Assembly (NCBI RefSeq): GCF_963921235.1
Contig: NC_086098.1
Span: 744,001 to 808,000 of the forward strand
Direction of reading: 5' to 3'
Source: Mobula hypostoma
Taxonomy: Eukaryota
DNA: 64,000 nucleotides
This document shows positions 25,251 to 38,781 of the stretch, piece after piece (the first letter of the stretch is position 1; each line of letters opens with the position of its first letter). Both the position numbers and the translations under genes were made by a program. A model generated the notes under the pieces. The model did not search any database, was not told the DNA's origin, and saw only the letters and a program-made list of their open reading frames with translations.

Positions 25251-26030
25251 GCAGTTTGATGGCTCTGGACCTGTATTCACTAGAATTTACAATGAGAGTT
25301 TTCAACTACGTTACCTGTTTTAATGGCGAAATGTATTGATGAGTGGATGTTTCCAATGGTGGGAGAATCTAAGACCAGAGGACACAGAATAGAAGGGTGT
25401 CCTTTAGAACAAGGATGAGGAAGAATTACTTTAGCCAGAGAGTGGTAAATCTGTGGAATTTTTTGCCACAGGCAGCTCTGGAGGCCAAGTCTTCATGTAT
25501 AGGACTAGGGCTTTACTCTTTGGAGAGGAGGAGGATGAGAGGAGACATGATAGAGGTATGTAAGATAGTAAAAGGAATAGGATAGAGTGGACAGCCAGCA
25601 CCTCTTCCCCAGGGCACCACTGCTCAGTACAAGAGGACATGGCTTTAAGGTAAGGGGTGGGAAGTTCAAGGGGGATATTAGAGGAAGGACATGTAGAATG
25701 CACTGCCTGAGTCAGTGGTGGAGGCAGATACACTAGTGAAGTTTAAGAGACTACTAGACAGGTATATGAAGGAATTTAAGGTGGGGTCTTATATGGGAGG
25801 TAGGGTTTAAGGCTCAGCACAACATTGTGGGCCGAAGGGCCTGTACTGTGCTGTACTATTCTATGTTCTATATTTAAGGCAGAGATTGATAGATTCTTGA
25901 TTGGTCAGGGTATGAAGGAATACAGAGGGAAGGCTGTAGAATGGGGCTGAGTGGAAGAATGGATCAGCCATGTTGAAAAGACGGAGCAGACTTGGTGGGC
26001 CAAATGGCCTAATTCTGCTGCTATATCTTG
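25250..26030 (+). mobile_element. CR1 3' fragment with nested CR1-A 3' end (25501-25870)
   Basis: NYFSQRVVNLWN, then LGLYSLERRRMRGDM; A tail ctattctatgttcta; host resumes at tatttaaggcagag. Confidence 0.85.
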
Positions 26031-26536
26031 TTTGTGAGACTGCAATTAAGAACACAAGGACTTGAATTCAACTAAACAGAAGAAAGGTCCATCCTTGCTT
26101 CGTATAAAGGTCCAAGTGAAATGAGGTTGGAAAATCTCAGCTCAGAATCTAAGGGGCATTTCATGAACTCTCCATCAATGATGTAAGTGCAGAAGTTGGG
26201 TGTCGTGAGAATAGATTGTCTGGGAAATAGAAACAATTAAGATAGTGTAAGTGAAAATGAGAAATTGCTGTGTCAGGATATACTAGAGGAAGTTTGTGTT
26301 TTGAAGGTAATAACCCTATTAAACTAACAAGCAGAGTTTAGATGGAATAGCCATTCTTCAGTGGAACACGACCCATCAGAAGTTCACACTCAGATTTTGG
26401 ACTGTGGGCAGCAATGAGAATGATCACAATGTCTTCTGAAGTTACATAGTCGTTCCAAAGTTATAGAATAATTTTCACCCAAAAACTAACTATTTAAGTG
26501 AGTGGGGATGCTGTGGCCTAAATATTGTTTTGTATA

Positions 26537-26670
26537 AACATAAGAGATTCTGCAGATGCTGGAAATCCAGAGTAACTCACACAAAATGCAAAGGAACTCA
26601 GCAGGTTAGGAAGCATCTATGTAGAGGAATAAAGACCTTGTATTTCAGGCCATCACCCTACATCAGGACC
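26537..26670 (-). mobile_element. Old PLE terminal repeat fragment with decayed hammerhead remnant
   Basis: aacataagagattctgcagatgctggaaat...catcaggac, homologous to the other PLE ends. Confidence 0.7.
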
Positions 26671-28096
26671 CATCATAGATCATAGAACATAGAAATCTAC
26701 AGCACATCATAGGCCCTTTGGCCCACAATGTTGTACTGACCATGTAACCTACTCTAGACGCTGCCTAGAATTTCCCTACTGCATAGCTCGCTATTTTTCT
26801 AAGCTCTATGTACCTATCTAAGAGTCTCTTAAAAGACCCTACTGTATCTGCCTCCACCAGCAGTGCAACCATGCACCCACCAGTCAAAGCATGAAAAACT
26901 TGCCCCTGACATCCCCTCGGTACCTACTTTCAAGCACCTTAAAATTATGCCCCTCATGTTAGCCATTTCAACCCTGGGGAAAAGCCTCTGGCTATCCACA
27001 TAATAAATGCCCCTCATCATTTAATACACCTCTAGCAGGTCATCTCTCATCCTCTGTCGATCCAAGGAGAAAAGCCCAAGTTCACTCAACCTATTCTCAT
27101 AAGGCATGCTCCCCAATCCAGGCAAAATCCTGGTAAATTTCCTTTGTACTCTCTCTATAGAATCCACATCATTCGTGTAGTGAGGTGAACAGAACTGAAC
27201 GCAGTACTCCAAGTGGAGTCTCAGAAAGGTCTTGTATAACTGTACCATTACCTCGTGGCTTTTGAACTCTATCCCACGGTTGATGAATGACAACACATCG
27301 TATACCTTCTTAACAACACTGTCAACCTGTGCAGCAGCTTTGAGTAACCTATGGATACGAACACCTTGATCTCTCAGATCCTCCACACTGCCAAGAGAGT
27401 TACCAATAATATTATATTGTGCCTTCAAATTTGACCTACCAAAATTAATCACTTCACACTTAGCTGGTTTGAACTCCATCTGCCCCTTCTCAGTCCAGTT
27501 CTGCAACCTATCGATGTCCTGCTGTAACCCCTGATGACTCTCCAAACTATCCACAACACCCCAAATCTTTGTGCCATCAGCAAACTTACTAACCCACCCT
27601 TCTATTTCTTCATCTAGATCTTTTATAAAAATCACAAAGAAGAGCATAACAGAGCCCTGAAGAACACAACTGGTCACCAAACTTAATACAGAATACGAGC
27701 CATTCACAACCACCCTTTGCCTTCTCTGGGCAAGCCAATTCTGAATCCACGAAGCAAGGTCTCCTTTGATCCCATGTCTCATTACTTTCTGAAATCCATA
27801 TACACTCTATCCACTGCTCTATCGTCATCAATGTGTTTTGTTATATCCTCAAAGAATTCATCTAGGCTTGTACAGCACATCCTGCCCTACACAAAGCCAA
27901 GCTGACTATCCCTTAATCAGATTATATCTCTCCAAATGCTCTTAAATTCTGCCTCTCAGAATCTTCTCCAACAACTTGCCCACCACTGAAGTAAGACTCA
28001 ATGGCCAACAATTTCCTTTCTTAAACAAGGGAACAGCACTTGCAACCATTCAATCCTCTGGTACTTCTCTTGCCCCTATTGATGATGCAAATTATC

Positions 28097-31000
28097 TCGA
28101 ATCAAGTTCTCAGTATTCTCAAGAGGGAGGGTGAGCTGCCGGATGTTGTGGTCCATGTAGGGACCAATGACGTGGGTAGGAAGAGTGAGGAGGTCCTGAA
28201 AGGTGAGTTTAGGGAGTTAGGCATCAAGTTAAAGGACAGGACCTCCAGGATAGCAATCTCAGGATTGCTACCAGTGCCATGTGCAGGTGGGTTTAGAAAT
28301 AGTAAGATCGCACAGATCAACACGTGGCTAAAGACATGGTGCAGGAGGGAGGGCTTCAGATTTATAGATAATTGGGCAGTTTTCCAGGGAAGGTGGGACC
28401 TGTTCCGGTGGGATGGTTTACATCTAAACTGGAGGGGGAAAAAATTCTTGCAGGTAGGTTTGCTAGAGAGGCTCCAGTGGATTTAAACTAGATACAAGGG
28501 GGGAGGGGAACTAGAGTGTAGGAGCAGATGTAGGGGAGAAGGAAGAAAAAGAAAATAGTAAAGTTGTTTGCACCGTTAGTGATAAACAGAGTAAGAGGTG
28601 GGAAATTTCTTAAATGCATTTATTTTAATGCTAGGAGCATTATAAGAAAGGTGGATGAGCTTAAAGCATGGATTGATACCTGGAAGTATGATGTGATAGC
28701 TATTAGTGAAACATGGTTACAGGAGGGGTGTGATTGGCAACTAAATATTCCTGGATTTAATTGTTTCAGGTGTGATAGAATTGGAGGGACAAGAGGGAGA
28801 GGTGTTGCATTGCTTGTCAGAGAAAATATTACAGTGGTGCTCTGGCATGATAGATTAGAGGACTCGTCTAGGGAGGCTATTTGGGTGGAATTGAGGAATT
28901 GGAAAGGTATAGTAACACTTATAGGGGTATATTATAGACCACCAAATGGGGAGCAAGAATTGGAGGAGCAAATTTGTAAGGAGATAGCAGATATTTGTAG
29001 TAAGCACAAGGTTATGATTGTGGGAGATTTTAATTTTCCACACATAGGCAGGGAAGCCCATACTGTAAAAGGACTGGATGGTTTGGAGTTTATAAAATGT
29101 GTGCAGGATAGTTTTTTGCAGCAATACATAGAGGTACCAACTAGAGAAGGGGCAGTGTTGGATCTCCTGTTAGGGAATGAGATGGGTCAGGTAACAGAAG
29201 TTTGTGTTGGAGAACACTTCGGGTCCAGTGATCACAATGCCATAAGGCAAAGGAACAGAAGTCAGCCATTCTGCCCATTGAGTCTGCTCTGCCATTTTAT
29301 CATTAGCTGATCCATTCTCCCATTTAGTCCCACTCCCCCGCCTTCTCACCATAACCTTTGATGCCCTGGTTACTCAGATACCTATCCATCTGTGCCTTAA
29401 TTACACCCAATGACTTGGCCTCCATTGCTGTCTGTGGCAACAAATTCCATAGATTCACCACCCTCTGGCTAACAAAATTTCTTCGCATTTCTGTTCTGAA
29501 TGGGTGCCCTTCAATCCTTAAGTCATGCCCTCTCGTACTAGACTCCCCCATCCTGGGAAACAATTTTGCCACATCCACTCTGTCCATGCCTTTCAACATT
29601 CGAAATGTTTCTATGAGGTCTCCCCTCATTCTTCTAAACTCCAAGGAATACAGTCCAAGAGCAGACAAACGTTCCTCATATGTTAACCATCTCATTCCTG
29701 GAATCATTCTAGTGAATCTTCTCTGTACCCTCTCCAATGTCAGCACATCCTTTCTTAAATAAGGAGACCAAAACTGCCCATAGTACTCCAAGTGAGGTCT
29801 CACCAGCGCCTTATAGAGCCTCAACATCGCATCCCTGCTCCTATACTCTATTCCTCTAGAAATGAATGCCAACATTGCATTCGCCGCCTTCACCACCGAC
29901 TCAACCTGAAGGTTAACCTTAAGGGTATCCTGTACGAGGACTCCCAAGTCCTGTTGCATCTCAGAACTTTGAATTCTCTCCCCATTTAAATAATAGTCAT
30001 AAAAATGCCATTAGTTTCAATATAATTATGGAGAAGGATGGATCTGGACCCAGGGTTGAGATTTTTGATTGGAGAAGGGTTAACTTTAAGGAGATGCGAA
30101 AGGATTTAGAAGGAGAGGATTGGGACAATTTGTTTTATGGGAAGGATGTAATAGAAAAATGGAGGTCATTTAAAGGTGAAATTTTGAGGGTACAGAATCT
30201 TTATGTTCCTGTTAGGTTGAAAGGAAAGGTTAAAAGTTTGAGAGAGTCGTGGTTTTCAAGGGATATTGTAAACTTGGTTCGGAAAAAGACAGATACTGTA
30301 TCTACAATAAATACAGGCAGCATGGAGTAAATGAGGTGCTCGAGGAATATAAAGAATGTAAAAAGAATCTTAAGAAAAAAATTAGAAAAGCTAAAAGAAG
30401 ATATGAGGTTGCTTTGGCAAGTAAGGTGAAAATAAATCCCAAAGGTTTCTAGTTATATTAATAGCAAAAGGATAGCGAGGGTTAAAATTGGTCCCTTAGA
30501 GAATCAGAGTGGACAGCTATGTGTGGAGCCAAAAGAGATGGGGGGAGATTCTGAACAATTTCTTTTCTTCGGTATTCACTAAGAAGAAGGATATTGAATT
30601 GAGTAAGATAAGGGAAACAGGTAGGGAAGTTATGAAAACTATGATGATTAAAGAAGAGGAAGTACTGGCACTTTTAAGGAATATAAATGTGGATAAGACT
30701 CCGGGTCCTGACAGGATATTCCCTAGGACCTTAAGGGAAGTTAGTGTGGAGATAGGGGTTCTGACGGAAACATTTCAAATGTTATTAGAAACGGGGATGG
30801 TGCCGGAGGATTGGTGTATTGCTCATGTTGTTCCATTTTTTACCAAGGGTTCTAAGAGTAAACCTAGCAATTATCAGCCTGTGAGTTTGACATCAGTGGT
30901 GGGTAAGTTGATGGAAAGTATTCTTAGAGATGGTATATATAATTATCTGGATAGACAGGGTCTGATTAGGAACAGTCAACTGGATTTGTGTGTGGAAAGT

Positions 31001-32252
31001 CATGTTTGACAAATCTTATTGAATTTTTTGAAGAGGTTCCTAGGAAAGTTGACGAGGGTAAAGTGGTGGCTGTTGACTATATGGACTTCAGTAAGGCCTT
31101 TGACAAGGTTCCACATAGAAGGTTAGTTAGGAAGGTTCAATCGTTAGGTATTAATATCGAAGTAGTAAAATGGATTCAGCAGTGGCTGGATGGGAGATGC
31201 CAGAGAGTAGTGGTGGATAACTGTGTGTCAGATTGGAGGCTGGTGACTAGTGGTGTGCCTGAGGGATCTGTACTGGGTCCAATGTTATTTGTCATATATA
31301 TTAATGATCTGGATGACGGTGGTAAATTGGATTAGTAAGTATGCAGATGACACTAAGAAAGGTGGAGTTGTGGATAATGAAGTAGGTTTTCAAAGTTTGC
31401 AGAGAGATTTAGGGCAGTTAGAAGAGTGGGCTAAAAGATGGCAGATGGAGTTTAATGCTGATAAATGTGAGCTGCTACATTTTAGTAGGTTTAATCAAAA
31501 TAGGACATACATGGTAAATGGTCGGGCATGGAAGAATACAGTAGAACAGAGGGATCTAGGAATAATGGTGCATAGTTCCCTGAAGGTGGAATCTCATGTG
31601 GATAGGGTGGTGAAGAAAGCTTTTGGTATGCTGACCTTTATAAATCAGAGCATTGAGTATAGGAGTTGGGATGTAATGTTGAAATTGTACAAGGCATTGG
31701 TAAGGCCAAATTTGGAGTATTCTGTACAGTTGTGGTCACCGAATTATAGGAAAGATGTCAACAAAATAGAGAGTACAGAGAAGATTTACTAGAATGTTGC
31801 CTGGGTTTCATCACCTAAGTTACAGAGAAAGATTGAACAGGTTGGGTCTTTATTCTTTGGAGCATAGAAGGTTGAGAGGGGACTTGATAAAGGTGTTTAA
31901 AATTATGAAGGGGATTGATAGAGTTGACGTGGATAGGCTTTTTCCATTGAGAGTGGGGGAGATTGAAATGAGGACATGAGTTGAGAGTTAAAGGGCAAAA
32001 GTTTAGGGGTAACATGAGGGGGAACTTCTTTACTCGTAGAGTGGTAGCTATGTGGAATGCGCTTCCAGCAGAAGTGGTTGAGGCAGGTTCATTGTTGTCA
32101 TTTAAAGTTAATTTGGATAGATATATGGACAGGAAAGGAATGGAGGGTTATGGGCTGAGTGCAGGTCAGTGGGACTAGGTGAGAGTAACAGTTCGGCACG
32201 GACTAGAAGGGCCGAGATGGCTTGTTTCTGTGCTGTAATTGTTATATGGTTA
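28097..32252 (+). mobile_element. CR1 subfamily F: ORF1 SGNH esterase C-half, frameshifted ORF2 and tail
   Basis: VVVHVGTND, DGLHLN; EN ORF 28564; RT with YADD in ORF 31250; tail gttatatggttat. Confidence 0.93.
29244..30003 (-). mobile_element. CR1 subfamily D 3' fragment nested in CR1-F
   Basis: TSD aatgccat (29236-29243, 30004-30011); open 211-aa RT C-terminal ORF. Confidence 0.92.
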
Positions 32253-33443
32253 TAAAGAGCATCGCCAGAGGCTCAGCAATCTCCTCCGTCACTTCCTACA
32301 GTATCCTGGGGTATATGTCGTTCGGTTCCAGTGACTTATTTAAGTTAATGCTTTTCAAAAGTTCCAGCACATCCTCTTTCTTAATGTCTATATGTTCAAG
32401 CATCTCTGTCCATTTAAGTCATCCCCACAATTACCAAGGTCCTTTTCCCTGGTGAATACTGAAGCAAAGTATTCATTAAGTACCTCCACTGCTTCCTCTG
32501 GCTCCATGCACACGTTTCCACTCTCACTCCTGATTGGTCCTATTCTCACATGGCTCATCCTCTTGCTCTTCACATACTTGTAGAATGCCTTGAGGGTTTT
32601 TCTTAATCCTTCTCACCAAAGACTTCTTTTGGTCCTTTCTACCTCTCCTAATTCTATTCTTAAACTCTTTCCTGGCAACCCTGTAATTTTCTAGAGCTGT
32701 ATCAATACTGTACCTAGTTTCTTGAACCTTTAGTAAGCTTTTCTTCTTAACCACATTTTCCACATCCTTTGTAGACCATGTTTTTTTTTACACCGCCATC
32801 CTTTCCCTGCCTCAATGGAACATACCTGTGCAGAACACCTCTGAATATTTGCCACTTTTCTGCCAAACATTTTCCTGAGAACATCTGCTCTTAATTTATG
32901 CTTCTAAGTTCCTGCCTCATAGCATCATATTTCCCCCACCCCAATTAAATGTTTTCCCAAATTGCTCCTCTCTCTCTCCAGAACTATGGTAAAGGAGATA
33001 GAGTTGCCATCACTACTTCCAAAAGTCTCTCCCACTGAGAGATCTGACACCTGACCAACATATCTACGTATTGTGTCAGGAAACTTTCCTGAATGTACCA
33101 AACAAACTCCACCCCATCCAAACCCCTTGCTCTAAGGAGATCCCAGTCAAAATTAGGAAAGTGAAAATCACCCATCACAACAACCCTAATTATTGCTCTG
33201 TTCCAGTATCTGCCTCCTTTAGCTGTAACAATACCTCTAGGCTGTTGAACTTAATCCCACGGTGAAGACCATTTAACCGTATGCCTTAACAACACTGTCA
33301 ACCTGCACAGCAACTTTGAGTGTCCTATGGACACAGATCCCAAGATCTCTTAGACCCTCCACACTGCCAAGAGTCTTACTATTATTATATTTCTGTCTTC
33401 AAGTTTGACCTACCAAAATGAACTACTTCGTACTTACCTGGGT

Positions 33444-33800
33444 TAGAAACATAGAAAATAGGTGCAGGAGTAGGCCATTCGGCCCTTCGAGCCTGCACCG
33501 CCATTCAGTACGATCATGGCTGATCATCCAACTCAGAAACCTGTACCTGCCTTCTCTCCATACCCCTGATCCCTTTAGCCACAAGGGCCATATCTAACTC
33601 CCTCTTAAGTATAGCCAATGAACTGGCCTCAACTGTTTCCTGTGGCAGAGAATCCCACAGATTCACCACTCTGTGTGAAGAAGTTTTTCCTCATCTCGGT
33701 CCTAAAAGGCTTCCCCTTTATCCTCAAACAGTGCCCCCTCATTCTGGACTTCCCCAACATCGGGAACAATCTTCCTACATCTAGCCTATCCAATCCCTTT
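33444..33800 (-). mobile_element. CR1 subfamily B 3' end
   Basis: Begins tagaaacatagaaaataggtgcaggagtagg, as at 20761, 35021 and 52885. Confidence 0.9.
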
Positions 33801-35020
33801 GAAGTCCATCTCCACAGAAGTAGCAGCAGAGATACCGAGGAGCAGATTGGGAGGCAGATTTTGGAAAGGTGAAAAAATAACAGGGTTGTTTGTTATCATG
33901 GGTGACTTTAAGTTCCCTAATATTGATTAGTTCCAAGAGTTTATATGGGGCAGAGTTTCTTAAATGTGTCCAGACGGATTCCTGTCACAGTATGTTGACA
34001 GGCCGATGAGGGGAATGCCATATTAGATCTAGTATTAGGTAAAGAACTGGGTCAGGTCACAGATCTCTCAGTGGGTGAGCATCTGGGGGACAGTGACTAT
34101 GGCTCCCTGGCCTTTCGCATTATCATGGAAAAGGATAAAATCAGAGAGGACAGGAAAATTTTTAACTGGGGAAGGGCAAATTATGAGGCTATAAGGCTAA
34201 AACTTGCGGGTGTGAATTGGGATGATTTTTTTGCAAGGAAATTTACTGTGGACATGTGGTCAATGTTTAGGGATCTCTTGCAGGATGTTAGGGATAAATA
34301 TGTCCCGGTGAGGAAGATAAAGAATGGTCGGGTGAAGGAACCATGGGTGACAAGTGAGGTGGAAAATCTAGTCAGGAGGAAGAAGGCAGCATACATGAGG
34401 TTTCAGAAGTAATGATCAGATGGGTCTATTGAGGAATATAGGGTGGCAAAAAAGGAGCTTAAGAAGGGGCTGAGAAGAGCAAGAAGGGGGCATGAGAAGG
34501 CCTTGGTGAGTAGGGTAAAGGAAAACCCCAAGGCATTCTTCAATTATGTGAAGAACAAAAGGACGACAGGAGTGAAAGTAGGATGGATTACAGATAAAGG
34601 TGGGAAGATGCGCCTGGAGGCTGTGGAAGTGTGCGAGATCCTCAATGAATACTCCTGTTCAGTATTCACCAATGAGAGGGAACTTGATGGTGAGGACAAG
34701 ATGAGTGAGGTTGATGTTCTGGAGCATGTTGATATTAAGGGAGAGGAGGTTTTGGAGTTGTTGAAATACATTAGGACTGATAAGTCCCCGGGGCCTGATG
34801 GAATATTCCCCAGGCTGCTCCACGAGGCGAGGAAAGAGATTGCAGAGCATCTGGCTAGGACCTTTCTGTCCTCGTTGTCCATGGGAATGGGACCGGAGGA
34901 TTGGAGGGAGGCGAATGTTGTCCCCTTGTTCAAAAAAGGTAGTAGGGATAGTCCGAGTAATTATAGACCTGTGAGCCTTGCGTCTGTGGTGGGAAAGCTG
35001 TTGGAAAAGATTCTTAGAGA

Positions 35021-37670
35021 TAGAAACATAGAAAATAGGTGCAGGAGTAGGCCATTCGGCCCTTCGAGCCTGCACCGCCATTCAGTATGATCATGGCTGA
35101 TCATCCAACTCAGAACCCTGTACCAACCTTCCCTCCATAACCCCTGATCACTTTAGCCACAAGGGCCATATCTAACTCCCTCTTAAATATAGCCAATGAA
35201 CTGGCCTCAACTGTTTCCTGTGGCAGAGAATTCCACAGATTCACCACTCTCTGTGTGAAGAAGTTTTTCCTAATCTCGGTCCTAAAAGGCTTCCCCTTTA
35301 TCCTCAAACTGTAACCCCTCGTTCTGGACTTCCCCAACATTGGGAACAATCTTCCTGCATCCAGCCTGTCCAATCCCTTTAGGATTTTATACGTTTCAAT
35401 AAGATCCCCCCTCAATCTTTTAAATTCTAACGAGTATAAGTCTAGCCGATCCAGTCTTTCATCATATGAAAGTCCTGTCATCCCAGGAATCAATCTGGCG
35501 AACCTTCTTTGTGCTCCCTCTATGGCAAGGATGTCTTTCCTCAGATTAGGGGACCAAAATTGCACACAATACTCCAGGTGTGGTCTCACCAAGGCCTTGT
35601 ACGATTGCAGTAGCACCTCCCTGCTCCTGTACTCGAATCCTCTCGCTATAAATGCCAGCACACCGTTCGCCTTTTTAACCGCCTGCTTAACCTGCATGCC
35701 CACTTTCAGTGACTGGTGTATAATGACACCCAGGTTTCGTTGCACCTCCCCTTTTCCGAATTGGCCACCATTCAAATAATAATCTGTTTTCCTGTTTTTG
35801 CCACCAAAGTGGATAACCTCACATTTATCCACATTAAATTGCATCTGCCATGAATTTGCCCACTCACCTAACCTATGCAAGTCACCTTGCATCCTCTTAG
35901 TATCCTCCTCACAGCTAACACTGCTGCCCAGCTTCATGTCATCTGCAAACTTGGAGATGCTGCATTTAATTCCCTCATCTAAGTCATTAATATATATTGT
36001 AAACAACTGGGGTCCCAGGACTGAGCCTTGCAGTACCCCACTAGTCACTGCCTGCCATTCTGAAAAGGTCCTGTTTATTCCCACTCTTTGCTTCCTGTGT
36101 GCCAACCAATTCTCTATCCACATCAATACCTTGCCCCCAAAACCGTGTGCTTTAAGTTTGCACACGAATCTCCTGCGTGGGACCTTGTCAAAAGCCTTTT
36201 GAAAATCCAAATATACCATATCCACTGGTTCTCCCCTATCCACTCTACTAGTTACATCCTCAAAAAATTTGCTTTCACAAATCTATGCTGACTTTGTCCA
36301 ATGATTTCACCGCTTTTCAAATGTGCTGTTATCACATCTCTGATAACTGACTCTAGCATTTTCCCCACCACTGATGTTAGGCTAACCGGTCTATAATTCC
36401 CTGGTTTCTCTCTCCCTCCTTTTTAAAAAGTGGGGTTACATTAGCCATCCTCAAATCCTCAGGAACTAGTTCAGAATCTAAAGAGTTTTGAAAAATTATC
36501 ACTAATACATCCACTATTTCTTGGGCTACTTCCTTAAGCACTCTGGGATGCAGACCATCTGGCCCTGGGGATTTATCTGCCTTTAATCCCTTCAATTTAC
36601 CTAACACTACTTCCCTACTGACATGTATTTCCCTCAGTTCCTCCATCTCACTGAACCCTCTGTCCCCTACTATTTCTGGAAGATTATTTATGTCCTCCTT
36701 AGTGAAGACAGAACCAAAGTAATTATTCAATTCATCTGCCATGTCCTTGCTCCCCATAATCAATTTACCTGTTTCTGTCTGCAGGGGACCTACATTTGTC
36801 TCAACCAATCTTTTTCTTTTCACATATCTATAAAAGCTTTTACAGTCAGTTTTTATGTTCCCTGCCAGTTTTCTCTCATAATCTTTTTTCCCCTTCCTAA
36901 TTAAGCCCTCTGTTCTCCTCTGCTAAACTCTGAATTTCTCCCAGTCCTCAGGTGAGCCACTTTTTCTGGCTAATTTGTATGCTTCTTCTTTGGAATTGAT
37001 ACTATCCCTAATTTCCCTTGTCAGCCACGGATGCACTACCTTCTCTGATTTATTCTTTTGCCAAACTGGGATGAACAATTGTTGTAGTTCATCCATGCGA
37101 TCTTTAAATGCTTGCCATTGCATATCCACCATTACCCTTTAAGTGTCATTTGCCAGTCTATCTTAGCTAAATCATGTCTCATACCTTCAAAGTTACCCTT
37201 CTTTAAGTTCAGAACCTTTGTTTCTGAATTAACTATGTCACTCTCCATCTAAATGAAGAATTCCACCATATTATGGTCACTCTTACCCAAGGGGCCTCTC
37301 ACGACAAGATTGTTAGTTAACCCTTCCTCATTGCTCAATACCCAGTTTAGAATAGCCTGCTCTCTAGTTGGTTCCTCGACATGTTGGTCCAAAAAACCAT
37401 CCTGCATACATTCCAAGAAATCCTCTTCCTCAGCACCCTTACCAATTTGGTTCACCCAATCTATATGTAGATGGAAGTCACCCATTATAACTGCTGTTCC
37501 TTTATTGCACGCATTTCTAATTTCCTGTTTAATACCATCCTCATTACTACTGTTAGGTGGCCTGTACACAACTCCCACCAGTGTTTTCTGCCCCTTAGTG
37601 TTATGCAGCTCTACCCATATCGATTCCACATCCACCAGCCTAATGTCCTTCCTTTCTAATGTCCTTCCTT
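35021..37670 (-). mobile_element. CR1 subfamily B, EN to tail
   Basis: 377-aa RT ORF 35110..36243 (FADD), EN ORF 37249..37635; agatag at both junctions. Confidence 0.93.
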
Positions 37671-38573
37671 TTGGTAGATAGGATCCATGGGCATTTAGAG
37701 AATCATGGTCTGATCAGGGACAGTCAGCATGGCTTTGTGAAGAGCAGATCATGTTTAACAAGTCTGATAGGGTTCTTTGAGGAGGTGACCAGGCATATAG
37801 ATGAGGGTAGTGCAGTGGATGTGATCTATATGGATTTTAGTAAGGCATTCGACAAGGTTCCACACGATAGGCTTATTCAGAAAGTCAGAACACATGGGAT
37901 CCAGGGAAGTTTGGCCTGGTGGATTCAGAATTCACTTGCCTTCAGAAGGCAGAGGGTTGTGGTGGAGGGAGTACATTTGGATTGGAGGGTTGTGACTAGT
38001 GGTGTTTCACAAGGATTGGTTCTGGGACCTCTACTTTTCGTGATTTTTATTAATGACCTGGATGTGGGGGGTAGAAGGGTGGGTTGACAAGTTTGCAGAT
38101 GACACAAAGGTTGGTGGTGTTGTAGATAGTGTAGAGGATTGTCGAAGATTGCAGATAGACATTGATAGGATGCAGAAGTGGGCTGAGAAATGGCAGATGG
38201 AATTCAACCCGGAGAAGAGTGAGGTGGTACACTTTGGAAGGACAAACTCCAAGGCAGAATACAAAGTAAATGGCAGGATACTTGGTAGTGCAGAGGAACA
38301 GAGGGATCTGGGGGTATATGTCCACAGATCCCTGAAAGTTGCCTCACAGGTAGATAGGGTAGTTAAGAAAGCTTATAGGGTGTTAGCTTTCATAAATCGA
38401 GGGATAGAGTTTAAGAGTCACAAGGTAATGATGTAGCTCTATAAAACTCTGGTTAGGCCACACTTGGAGTACTGCGTCCATTTCTGGCTGCCTCACTGTA
38501 GGAAGGATGTGGAAGCATTGGAAAGGGAACAGAGGAGATTTACCAGGATGCTGCCTGGTTTAGAGAGTATGGA

Positions 38574-38781
38574 AAACACAAAATAATCTGCAGGTGCTGG
38601 GGTCAAAGCAACACTCACAACACGCTGGAGGAACTCAGCAGGTCAGGCAGCATCCGTGGAAAAGTTCGGTTGATGTCTCAGACTGGAACCCTTCAGTCCT
38701 GACGAAGGGTTCCAGCCCGAAATGTCGACCGATCTTTTCCACGGATGCTGCCCAACCTGCTGAGTTCCTCCAGCATTTTAC
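38574..38781. mobile_element. Foldback PLE-derived mini-element
   Basis: TSD agagtatgga (38564-38573, 38782-38791); about 70-bp imperfect inverted arms around 38695-38703. Confidence 0.88.
38695..38729 (+). ncRNA. Minimal hammerhead ribozyme motif
   Basis: AGUC-CUGACGA-A-GGGU(UCCA)GCCC-GAA-AUGU-C/GAC: core conserved, stem II loop differs from the 5441 copy. Confidence 0.75.

Larger units (their letters stand above)
26675..33280 (-). mobile_element. Older CR1 (subfamily C), interrupted by 28097-32252
   Basis: ORF 27021..27782 RT; EN remnants 32984..33178. Host joins as gatgatgcaa..|..aagagcatcgccagagg. Confidence 0.85.
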
